Positions 1 to 7,664 of a DNA stretch of 47,146 bases are shown here, piece by piece (within the stretch, counting starts at the first letter, position 1; each line of letters starts with the position of its first letter). Source of the DNA: a virus (taxonomy: Duplodnaviria > Caudoviricetes); the IMG/VR virus record IMGVR_UViG_3300044878_000075, positions 1 through 47,146 of that record, one strand, 5' to 3'. A program made the translations under genes and the position numbers. The notes below the pieces were generated by a model. That model ran no database searches. It was not told the DNA's origin and worked only from the letters and a program-made list of their open reading frames with translations.

Positions 1-127
1 TGCTGGAATGCCTGAGCTTGCATCGTCGCCGCGCCATACCTTGAGCGCTGCCGTGGTCGCTCCGGTCCCAGTGAGTGATACGCGAAGCCTGCCAGCCGGA
101 CCCTCAAAGGCCCATTGATGCAGCGCC
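1..127. repeat. 127-bp terminal overlap, identical to 47020-47146 (circular assembly overlap)
   Basis: Exact identity at both ends; 127 is a common assembler k-mer size; an ORF reads through the join. Confidence 0.95.
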
Positions 128-315
128 TGAGCATAGACCTGCTTGAAATTCTCTCCTGACAATGTGCGGCTAACAGAGATCGTCGCCATGCTCGTCGGGA
201 AAATCTCCACGCCTCCAGCATCGTAATACTGAATTGTGACCAGCCCAGAGTCATAATCCAGACTCATCGGTCCAGATTCGAGACTGCCGCGTGGGATTTC
301 GTAGATCATTGCCAT
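1..315 (-). CDS. 5' part of a ~281-aa virion-associated protein spanning the contig join (continues 47019->46489)
   Basis: ATG at 315 (MAMIYEIPRGSLESG...) stays in frame across the overlap into ORF 46489..46896; TGATAAAAT upstream; lies between capsid and head-tail adaptor genes. Confidence 0.8.
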   Translation of the reverse strand, partial: MAMIYEIPRGSLESGPMSLDYDSGLVTIQYYDAGGVEIFPTSMATISVSRTLSGENFKQVYAQALHQWAFEGPAGRLRVSLTGTGATTAALKVWRGDDASSGIPA

Positions 316-344
316 TGGTCGGAACTCGCATAGAGGTAAGCATT

Positions 345-389
345 ATTTTATCATGGGCGCTTGACGGGATTAATAGCCGAGGCTATTGT
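345..389. promoter_or_regulatory. Divergent promoter pair: extended -10 TGATAAAAT (minus, 345-353) and sigma70 TTGACG-17-TATTGT (plus, 361-389)
   Basis: Consensus matches; same layout recurs at four other loci. Confidence 0.7.
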
Positions 390-434
390 CTATTTCAAGG
401 GAGCCAAGACGGCGACCACATCGAGGGCACAACC

Positions 435-467
435 ATGCTATGGCTCCTGCTGCTTATCCTGATCTAA
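435..467 (+). CDS. 10-aa hydrophobic micro-peptide MLWLLLLILI (or part of an sRNA)
   Basis: GAGGG SD at 423-427, ATG 435, TAA 465-467; only plausible ORF between the promoter at 361 and the terminator at 473. Confidence 0.45.
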   Translation: MLWLLLLILI

Positions 468-498
468 AAAAGAAGCCCTCATTGCGAGGGCTTTTTTT
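466..498. terminator. Bidirectional intrinsic terminator
   Basis: AAGCCCTC-attgc-GAGGGCTT with flanking A and T runs between convergent units. Confidence 0.85.
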
Positions 499-685
499 AT
501 TGCTCTTTCGGCGGTCGTCCACGTCGAGGCGTTGCAACCTCAAGCGTCAACTCTTCCGATGGCGAAACCTCAACGGCTTTGTTCACAAGCTCAGCCGGCA
601 TACTCTCAGCTTTGATGCGGGTTCCGATTGGCTGCCGAACGCCATCGACGTAATAACCGGACTGTGTAATCTCAAATTCTTTCAT
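497..685 (-). CDS. Small protein downstream of capsid gene with C-terminal RRGRPPK (AT-hook-like)
   Basis: 62-aa ORF, AGGTG SD, typical post-capsid position. Confidence 0.75.
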   Translation of the reverse strand: MKEFEITQSGYYVDGVRQPIGTRIKAESMPAELVNKAVEVSPSEELTLEVATPRRGRPPKEQ

Positions 686-697
686 GTATCACCTAAA

Positions 698-722
698 TAA
701 AAAGGGGCCAATCAAGGCCCCT
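698..722 (-). terminator. Intrinsic terminator after major capsid gene
   Basis: AGGGGCC/GGCCCCT stem followed by T-run on minus strand. Confidence 0.8.
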
Positions 723-738
723 ATTTTACATCTAAGAC

Positions 739-1749
739 TTAAGCGCCTTTTACGAACTGTGCTACGCCGGTCGATCCATTCGCATCACGCTTGAACTGCG
801 GCGCAACTGCGGTCATGATCTGGAAGCTGTACTCGTCGGTGAAGTTTTTACGTTCAATCGGCATGGTGGTAACAGGCATCGCAGTCAGCAACTCAACCAC
901 TCGACGCTCTTTCACTACGGCGAGGATTTCGTTGACAGGAACAGCGGTCGATGGAACGATTGCAACTACGCCAGGAATAGCCATCAGACGGCTCAGGATG
1001 GTGTTCTGAGGCGCGGCGGTTACGTAGTCGTTAACCGATGCAGCGAACCAGTCGCCGTAGTTCAGGTAGAAGGTTACGCCGCCGTAGTAGTTCTCACCTT
1101 GCAGGCCGACCAGAACGCGACGGAACGCTTCAACCCACTGAGCACCGGTAGCGGTTGCCAGATCGACGTTACCGAAGTTACCGGTAGCGCGGCCAGGAGC
1201 AGTACGCAGACCGTAGATTTGGTTGCCGGCAACGTTGAACTTGGTGTCACCGTTAATTACCAGGTCTTCCAATTTCTCAACAATTTTTCTGTTGCCGTTG
1301 TCACGAGTAGCGGCATCCAGGTACTGCCAGCCACCATCTTGACGAGCGGCTTCGACGTCTCGCCAGCCGAAGGTGAAGGTTGTGTCGTAGATTGGAACTG
1401 GAGTGCCTTCGTAGTCGATAACAGGCGCATCGGCTTTCGCACGGCTACGGCCGTCCATCGAGCTGTTCACTTCGCCGGAGTCAGTGACTTTGGAGAAGTA
1501 GTGCAGAACTTTGCCGATTGGCACGTTACGCTGAAGACTCGCCAAGTCAGTGAATACGCCTAGGGCGGCACGCTGCAAGGTGATCAGGTCTTGGTCGTAG
1601 GTAGCCCAAGCATCACGAGGGATGGTGTATGCGTTACCGATCAGCTCGCCTTCACTATCTCGTGCAAGACGCTCCTGGCGGGCGTTGTGAGCGCGGCGCT
1701 TGCCAATTACGGCTGCTTCCTGCTCTTTGTTGAAAGTCAAAATAGGCAT
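739..1749 (-). CDS. Major capsid protein (HK97 fold)
   Basis: 336 aa, follows protease and decoration genes, followed by terminator; G-N-Q-I-Y-G-L motif typical of this capsid class. Confidence 0.9.
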   Translation of the reverse strand: MPILTFNKEQEAAVIGKRRAHNARQERLARDSEGELIGNAYTIPRDAWATYDQDLITLQRAALGVFTDLASLQRNVPIGKVLHYFSKVTDSGEVNSSMDGRSRAKADAPVIDYEGTPVPIYDTTFTFGWRDVEAARQDGGWQYLDAATRDNGNRKIVEKLEDLVINGDTKFNVAGNQIYGLRTAPGRATGNFGNVDLATATGAQWVEAFRRVLVGLQGENYYGGVTFYLNYGDWFAASVNDYVTAAPQNTILSRLMAIPGVVAIVPSTAVPVNEILAVVKERRVVELLTAMPVTTMPIERKNFTDEYSFQIMTAVAPQFKRDANGSTGVAQFVKGA

Positions 1750-1754
1750 GTCAA

Positions 1755-2186
1755 TTACACCACGTAAGAGTTAGCGAGGATACGAACGTCACCGAAGCCG
1801 TTGGCACCGACAGCGCGGGAGGCTGCTTCATCGAAGGCTGCGACAGCTACTTCACCGGTTGCAGCGGCCTTGAACTGACCAGATGCAACACTCAGGACTT
1901 GGCCTGGAGTGTAGGTAGCAGCGGCCATGCGCACGTTGAACTCGTACTGAGGAACCGGCTTGAATGCTTCGCCAGTTTCGCCAGACGGAACAGCGGTATC
2001 GATGGTTTCGCCGATGTATGCGCGGTTGTGCATGATGAAGAAGTCAGTCTTCGAGGTTGCTGCCAACTGGAACACGCCAGCGGTCAACACTACAGCCAGG
2101 CCTGGAAGAATGCTTGCGCCAGTCTTTGCGGTGCGCGAATCAGGCTGTGCGAGATGCACAGGACCACGCCAGATAACGTTAGCCAT
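1755..2186 (-). CDS. Capsid decoration/cement protein
   Basis: 143 aa, Ala/Gly-rich, between protease and MCP. Confidence 0.75.
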   Translation of the reverse strand: MANVIWRGPVHLAQPDSRTAKTGASILPGLAVVLTAGVFQLAATSKTDFFIMHNRAYIGETIDTAVPSGETGEAFKPVPQYEFNVRMAAATYTPGQVLSVASGQFKAAATGEVAVAAFDEAASRAVGANGFGDVRILANSYVV

Positions 2187-3439
2187 TATTTGGCCTCCTG
2201 ATCAGCGGAGTTCAGGCTGTAGCCTTCGAACTCGTCTTTTGCGTTGGTAGCAGGGGTGCCGCTAACGATGCCGGCTGCGGTTTGGCACTCGGCATACATC
2301 TTATCCAGTGCCTCGCCGGACAGAGCGTTGGCGACAACTTCGCCGAACTTCTTGCCGACAACTTCGCGCTTGTCTTTCAACAGCAAGTCGGAGTTAGCCT
2401 GCAATGCTTCTTGCAGTGATTTTACTTGAGCCTCTGAAGAGTTCAGCTTGAGGTTCACTGCATCAACTGCTGCGCCCACTGCCTTATCAACGATGGCCTG
2501 AACTTCTTCAGGGGTCATATCTGTTTCCTCGGGGGTATTAACCTGCACAACAGGCTGTTTAGTTTTGGTACTGAATAATTGTACCATGGCTTTTAAATGC
2601 GCCATGAGACTGTTGGTTTTCACCTTGTACGACGTTTCCGCAACTACTGTTCGCGACTCACCAGTTAGAATCGGGTTGTCGCCTTCAAAGTGATAGTCAA
2701 TCGAATACATGCCTTCTGGAGTGCAATACACCAGCGCACGATCATCGAAATCTTGCACGTATGCGTAAGAGTCAGAAGTGGCGAATCGCTCCTTGACTGC
2801 ATCGCTCAAGATGGCTAGCTTCTCGCCGTATGAGTCGTCTAGGGCGTCTTCGTTGATCACAGGAACGGCAGAGTTAATAACGAACGTCTTGTTTACCATC
2901 ATGCCAACGCCGTCTTCTGGAGTTGCGGCGCCGATTTCGCCGATCAAAATAGCGTCATGGTCGAAGTTCATATTGCGGGCGATCCACTCGTGACCTTCCG
3001 CATTAGGCGTCATTTCGCGTTCAAGGAAGATGCCGGTTGATGTGTGGATTGGTTCGCCCTTGTTGATAGCCTCAAGCAGCTTGCGACCGCCCTCGGTATT
3101 CTTGGCAAACTCAACGTCAATCATCTTCTCTACAGAGATGCGATTGCCTACGCGCTTAACGTTGCGGTTCCAGGCGCCTACGTGATACGAGTTGATCGCG
3201 TCAGGCTGTTGCGCGCTGACGTACTCGCCATTCACTTGCGGATGGCCTAGAGGCGCTAGAGTGCCTTCTAGACTGGCGTAGGACTTCTCGATCTCGTCAT
3301 GCGGATACAGGCCTCCGTTCATTACTACGCCATCTGGCAAAGTAAACGACGGGACCACGATATGCTCGCGACCGTTATGCTGCTCGCGTCGAATAGAGGC
3401 AGCGTTTACGGCTACTCGGACGTTTACGCGGGTATTCAT
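2186..3439 (-). CDS. Prohead protease/scaffold (DUF2213-like)
   Basis: LGHP and DHDAIL..G motifs, coiled-coil C-terminus; likely start ATG 3439 with GAGG SD (alternative 3448). Confidence 0.85.
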   Translation of the reverse strand: MNTRVNVRVAVNAASIRREQHNGREHIVVPSFTLPDGVVMNGGLYPHDEIEKSYASLEGTLAPLGHPQVNGEYVSAQQPDAINSYHVGAWNRNVKRVGNRISVEKMIDVEFAKNTEGGRKLLEAINKGEPIHTSTGIFLEREMTPNAEGHEWIARNMNFDHDAILIGEIGAATPEDGVGMMVNKTFVINSAVPVINEDALDDSYGEKLAILSDAVKERFATSDSYAYVQDFDDRALVYCTPEGMYSIDYHFEGDNPILTGESRTVVAETSYKVKTNSLMAHLKAMVQLFSTKTKQPVVQVNTPEETDMTPEEVQAIVDKAVGAAVDAVNLKLNSSEAQVKSLQEALQANSDLLLKDKREVVGKKFGEVVANALSGEALDKMYAECQTAAGIVSGTPATNAKDEFEGYSLNSADQEAK

Positions 3440-3516
3440 TAGATCCATTCCTCTTCATTGGTGCACGAATCACCAAATCCAACGAACAGATCCCAATCGA
3501 TTTCTTTCATTTTCAC
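3439..3516 (-). CDS. 25-aa acidic peptide (MKMKEIDWDLFVGFGDSCTNEEEWI) coupled to the protease gene
   Basis: GGAGGG SD 8 nt before GTG 3516; TAATG overlap with protease ATG. Confidence 0.55.
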   Translation of the reverse strand: MKMKEIDWDLFVGFGDSCTNEEEWI

Positions 3517-3544
3517 AGGGCTAACCCTCCAATAGATAGCCACT

Positions 3545-3553
3545 ATTCTACCA
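3545..3553 (-). promoter_or_regulatory. Extended -10 promoter TGGTAGAAT for the head operon
   Basis: Same 9-mer as upstream of the portal gene (4277-4285). Confidence 0.6.
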
Positions 3554-3556
3554 GAC

Positions 3557-3586
3557 AAAGAAAACCCCGCCGAAGCAGGGTCTTTT
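3557..3586 (-). terminator. Intrinsic terminator (UUCG loop), possibly bidirectional
   Basis: ACCCTGC-TTCG-GCGGGGT-TTTCTTT on minus; TCTTTT on plus side. Confidence 0.8.
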
Positions 3587-3602
3587 GTGTTGCGGTTAGG
3601 AG

Positions 3603-4220
3603 TTATGGGCGTCGGACGAACTTGATAGTCGCGCAGTCCATGTCAGGCCACCCATGACTAATTCTTATTGGCATGTCGGCGTCATAACCGGCCTCTTCAA
3701 CTTCAAGGATTGCATATTCTCCATCATTAATGTCGCAATCATTGATGACGCTTACAATATCTCCAACCTTCCAATTCCGCCAATCGCTCATATCAACATC
3801 AGTCGCATAATCCTGCATCGCCTTCTTGCTATCCGTCTGCATCATCAGGCCTTCTGCATCGAGCAACTGAACATTCCTCTCAATCTCGCGCTCGCAGTCT
3901 TCGATGATTGCTTGGCAGTGGATGATTGTGTCGCGCCACTTGATTGGGCCGTCGATTTGGTGCCATTGCTCCCCGAAAGTAACCGAGTCATCAGTCATCG
4001 GAGTTAACTCCAAAAGCTCAAGGTTGCACTCGCGGATGTATTGGTTCTCGTGATCTTCGTCTACTACGTAGACACAGCCATGCTCATGATCATGCTTGCA
4101 CACGCGAACCGTATGAATAGATCCAACACGGCACCATTCCCCTTGGCTGCGACGTACGACCTTGACCGAATCGCCAGCGCTGAACTTGTGCGGGAAAACC
4201 TCTTTCAGTGTTTTAGGCAT
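3603..4220 (-). CDS. Hypothetical early (moron-like) protein
   Basis: ORF with CGGAGGGG SD, own sigma70 promoter and terminator; start re-called at ATG 4220. Confidence 0.8.
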   Translation of the reverse strand: MPKTLKEVFPHKFSAGDSVKVVRRSQGEWCRVGSIHTVRVCKHDHEHGCVYVVDEDHENQYIRECNLELLELTPMTDDSVTFGEQWHQIDGPIKWRDTIIHCQAIIEDCEREIERNVQLLDAEGLMMQTDSKKAMQDYATDVDMSDWRNWKVGDIVSVINDCDINDGEYAILEVEEAGYDADMPIRISHGWPDMDCATIKFVRRP

Positions 4221-4247
4221 CACAACCCCTCCGTTTAATGTCCGCAA

Positions 4248-4285
4248 ACCTTAGCCGTAATCCGATTCCACGTCAATGGTAGAAT
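4248..4285. promoter_or_regulatory. Divergent pair: TTGACG-17-TAAGGT (minus) and TGGTAGAAT (plus, portal)
   Basis: Consensus matches at 4271-4276/4248-4253 and 4277-4285. Confidence 0.7.
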
Positions 4286-4311
4286 GGACATAATTTACGA
4301 GGCCCTATTTT

Positions 4312-5685
4312 ATGACTGTCAATGCACCACCTGAATTGATGATGGCGCTCAACAACCTAGCTGAGCGGCAGATTGCTGCGTCACGTCAGGCTGCGGCGGC
4401 ATTCAGCACTGGAGCGCTGGATACGAAGCGCCCACGAGCTTACTGTGAATATGGGTTCCCCGATAACCCGTGCTTTGACGAGTTCTATCGTGTATACAAG
4501 CGTCACGGTATCGGTCACGGCGCCTTGATGCAGGTTTTGGATAAGACCTGGCAGACACCGCCTTGGATTCTGGAAGGTGAAGACGAGTACGACGAAACCC
4601 GAGACGAGACGCAGTGGGAAAAAGACGTTAAACGCCTCTTCAAGAAGAAAAGCATTTGGTGCGCAATCAAGGAAACCGACAAGCGCAAGATGGTCGGTGG
4701 TTATGCTGGTATGATCATTCAGGTAAAAGACTCTAAGCAGTGGAATCAGCCGCTTGGCAATATCAGTGCAGCAGCTATCGTGAAGTTCATTCCTGCTTGG
4801 CGTGGATCGCTTGAGATTGCCGCGTGGGACAACAATCAGACTAGCCCTACTTACGGCCAGCCATTGATGTATACCTATCGCGAGCATAGCGAAGCTATCG
4901 GTGATTCGCCGCGCATGGTTGAGATGCATCCTAGTCGCGTGATTATCTTCGGCTCTATCACTGAGCCTGAGTCAATCTTCGAGCCAGTACTGAACGCCCT
5001 GATCAGCCTTGAGAAAGTTACAGGTGGATCCGGCGAGGCTTATATAAAAGCCGCCGCACGAGCAATCCATATCGGGTTCGACAAGGACACAAATTTGCAG
5101 GACCTGGCGAGAGCCCATGGCATGCAGATGTCGGAAATCGGCACCTTGTACGATTCCGTGGTGGATGGGTTAAACCGAGGGATTGACTCTGCGATTGTTA
5201 CTCAAGGTGGTCAAGTCTCCGCAATCGCTTCTGCCGTACCTGATCCTACCGCTCCGTTTCAAGTAAACCTTGAAGAGACTGGTGCAGGTATGCAGGTCCC
5301 GTCAACGATCATCGTTGGCCGGCAGACTGGCACGCTCGCAAGCAATGAGGATGTGAAAGCGTTCAACCGCTTTGGTCAAAGTCGCCGTGAGAATGAGGTC
5401 GGACCTAACTCCCGTCTCGTCGTTGATTGGCTGATGGATCATGGCGTGATTGAGCGTCGCGAAGATTACGAGATTATGTGGGACCAGCTTACAGAGTCTA
5501 CTGACGCCGAAAAGTTGCTGAACGCAAAAACCATGTCTGAGGTGAACGCCCAAATGCTCAGTTCGGGCCAGCCAGTGTTCAATGTTGATGAGATTCGGGT
5601 TGCGGCAGGGTACGAGGCAGAGGTCGAGCTTGATCCTCTGCCTGATATCGAGCCGCCGCCAGAAGATCAAGCGGCCGTGCAATAA
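4312..5685 (+). CDS. Portal protein (DUF1073-like)
   Basis: 457 aa; EYGFP, GGSGEA and G.QTG.LAS.ED motifs; followed by head morphogenesis gene. Confidence 0.9.
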   Translation: MTVNAPPELMMALNNLAERQIAASRQAAAAFSTGALDTKRPRAYCEYGFPDNPCFDEFYRVYKRHGIGHGALMQVLDKTWQTPPWILEGEDEYDETRDETQWEKDVKRLFKKKSIWCAIKETDKRKMVGGYAGMIIQVKDSKQWNQPLGNISAAAIVKFIPAWRGSLEIAAWDNNQTSPTYGQPLMYTYREHSEAIGDSPRMVEMHPSRVIIFGSITEPESIFEPVLNALISLEKVTGGSGEAYIKAAARAIHIGFDKDTNLQDLARAHGMQMSEIGTLYDSVVDGLNRGIDSAIVTQGGQVSAIASAVPDPTAPFQVNLEETGAGMQVPSTIIVGRQTGTLASNEDVKAFNRFGQSRRENEVGPNSRLVVDWLMDHGVIERREDYEIMWDQLTESTDAEKLLNAKTMSEVNAQMLSSGQPVFNVDEIRVAAGYEAEVELDPLPDIEPPPEDQAAVQ

Positions 5686-5687
5686 TC

Positions 5688-5709
5688 AAGCCCCTACGGG
5701 GGCTTTTCT
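5688..5709 (+). terminator. Hairpin/terminator after portal
   Basis: AAGCCCC-TACG-GGGGCTT-TTC. Confidence 0.65.
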
Positions 5710-5723
5710 AATTAGAGGTAAGC

Positions 5724-6626
5724 ATGGCAGGTAGCCCGATTCTCCCGCGCTCAGCAACAGACCCAACCGGCCAAGACTCCCGAGAGCGCAAGGCAATCAA
5801 AGACTTCGACCGACGAGTTAGCGCAATCGGAAAAGAAGTCCTGCGCATCCTTGGCGAGCAGAATTACACGGTCGTTACGCTGAATGCGCTTGAGATCAAC
5901 GCAAGCACGTATCAATTCCAGCTAGACCAAGCGATCCTGGCTGGCATCAACTCCGAGATTGAGCGAATCTGCAATCTGATCTTGCTGGAAGGTGGCGAGC
6001 AGGATCTGTGGTTCATGCGCGCATACGTAGAGCCGGCGTATCAACAAGGGACGGCAACTACTGCGGCTAACCTGACAGTCCAATCAGAAGCCTACGCACT
6101 AACCAAGCCAACCCTAGACGCAATCCTATTCAGCCCACCATATCGCAAGCGGATCAGCCTGTTAGCCGCTCGCGAATTCGAACTGATGCAAGGATTCAGC
6201 CAGCAGATGAAATCGGATCTTGCGCAGACGTTAACGCGAGGGATGATTGCAGGCCAGAATCCGAGGGTGATCGCTAAGGACATTCAGGAGCGCACAGGCG
6301 TTAACCGTTCGCGTGCTGAGCGGATTGCGCGGACTGAGGTTACTAACTCTTTTCGTCAGGCGCGCATGGACGAGGCTCAGGCGGCGCAGGTTGATTTGGG
6401 TATCAATACCAGGCTTATGCATATCAGCGCCTTGTCGCCCAGCACGAGACCATCGCATCGCGCTCGTCATTCGCACATATACACTATTCAGGAAGAGAGA
6501 GACTGGTGGGCAATCACGCCGAATATGATCAACTGCAAGTGCTCGACGGTAGAGATCTTGGTTGATGAGAAAGGTAATCCACTCTCTCCCGCCATTGTCG
6601 AACGAGCCAAGCGCAAGCTGAAATAG
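5724..6626 (+). CDS. Head morphogenesis protein (SPP1 gp7/Mu F family)
   Basis: RAERIARTE, TRPSH..RH and NCKC motifs. Confidence 0.9.
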   Translation: MAGSPILPRSATDPTGQDSRERKAIKDFDRRVSAIGKEVLRILGEQNYTVVTLNALEINASTYQFQLDQAILAGINSEIERICNLILLEGGEQDLWFMRAYVEPAYQQGTATTAANLTVQSEAYALTKPTLDAILFSPPYRKRISLLAAREFELMQGFSQQMKSDLAQTLTRGMIAGQNPRVIAKDIQERTGVNRSRAERIARTEVTNSFRQARMDEAQAAQVDLGINTRLMHISALSPSTRPSHRARHSHIYTIQEERDWWAITPNMINCKCSTVEILVDEKGNPLSPAIVERAKRKLK

Positions 6627-6652
6627 AAAAAGGCCCCATTAAGGGCCTTTTG
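6627..6652. terminator. Bidirectional terminator
   Basis: AAAAAGGCCC-cattaa-GGGCCTTTT between convergent genes. Confidence 0.8.
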
Positions 6653-6728
6653 TTTACTACTGAAAGATCTATCCTCACGCCAATGAGGATCAATCACGAA
6701 GCATTGCGAAGATCAGATTATACACAGA

Positions 6729-7301
6729 TCACCGGCAATCACAAGCACCAAGAAGCTCAGGAACGCCACGATTATTAGTCGAGCAGTCCGACTTGCATGC
6801 CTCCCGCTTAAACCCAGCATCAACCAACCTAGCAGCAGTCACGCGGCAATCTACTTGTGCGATGTCCATTAGTTCGCGGATGGCGGATTCGCGGAGTTGT
6901 GCGGCGATATCTTCCTCTGTCTTGATAGCGCGGAATTCGTCTGCCCATCTAGCGGCTGTCTCTTCGATATCGACGACTAGCAATTCAGATTGCGACATCT
7001 CCTCATTCTGGTAGACAACCTCGCAGCGCCTCCAAAGATAATTTGACTGACCAGGAAGAAGAATGCGCGCCTCGCACACAGTACCTACTGGCGGCAACCC
7101 ATCTTCCGGGCCTGACCACGCTTGCGGCTGTTTTGGGCGCTCGATAAGTTCGGATTCCTTAGTTTCGCCATTGTATAAAGAGGCAGACTTGAAATGGTCG
7201 CCATCATCGCACAAAACGTGCCATTCATCGTCTACTTTTTTGTAGAAGCACTTGCCTGGCTCGTCATAATGCGTTGCGTCGAAAATCCATTGAATGCTCA
7301 T
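6729..7301 (-). CDS. Hypothetical phage protein (GLPPVGTVCE motif)
   Basis: 190-aa ORF, ATGA-coupled to upstream gene. Confidence 0.8.
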   Translation of the reverse strand: MSIQWIFDATHYDEPGKCFYKKVDDEWHVLCDDGDHFKSASLYNGETKESELIERPKQPQAWSGPEDGLPPVGTVCEARILLPGQSNYLWRRCEVVYQNEEMSQSELLVVDIEETAARWADEFRAIKTEEDIAAQLRESAIRELMDIAQVDCRVTAARLVDAGFKREACKSDCSTNNRGVPELLGACDCR

Positions 7302-7588
7302 AACTTAACCCCGTCCGCGTCGAATGCTGGGTGGTATTTCTTGATTGAGTGAAGAATGTCTTCAAGCTGAGGAATCGAGTCTTTCTCAGTCCAAGTTGGC
7401 GTGCGACCGCTTAGGTATACGGTTTCTGCATAGTAGCAATAGTCTCTCGCATCTTTCTTTGATACTCGCGCATCAAATCCGTGGATATGCCCATGATAGT
7501 CAACGAATGCGCTGTACTCTCCAGCTCCAATATCCATTGCTAGGCTAGTAATTTCTGCGATCAATTCCCGTTCTTTTTCAGTAGCCAC
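7298..7588 (-). CDS. Hypothetical early protein
   Basis: CGGAGGG SD, GTG start, promoter upstream. Confidence 0.8.
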   Translation of the reverse strand: MATEKERELIAEITSLAMDIGAGEYSAFVDYHGHIHGFDARVSKKDARDYCYYAETVYLSGRTPTWTEKDSIPQLEDILHSIKKYHPAFDADGVKL

Positions 7589-7609
7589 TTCACACCCTCC
7601 GTTTAGATA

Positions 7610-7646
7610 GTGAGCCGATTGTGCGATCTATTCGGCTCACCGTCAA
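7610..7646 (-). promoter_or_regulatory. Sigma70 promoter TTGACG-17-CACAAT overlapped by 9-bp inverted repeat GTGAGCCGA/TCGGCTCAC
   Basis: -35 at 7641-7646, -10 at 7618-7623; IR arms 7610-7618 and 7632-7640. Confidence 0.7.
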
Positions 7647-7648
7647 GT

Positions 7649-7662
7649 GTTCTCCGGAGAAT
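7649..7662. repeat. Palindromic motif copy GTTCTCCGGAGAAT
   Basis: One of 7 copies of RTTCTCYGGARAAC. Confidence 0.8.
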
Positions 7663-7664
7663 CT

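Noticed and set aside
386-700. 104-aa plus-strand ORF and other antisense or shadow ORFs in the track
   Set aside because: Starts inside a promoter and runs through a terminator; the others overlap well-supported genes and lack SDs
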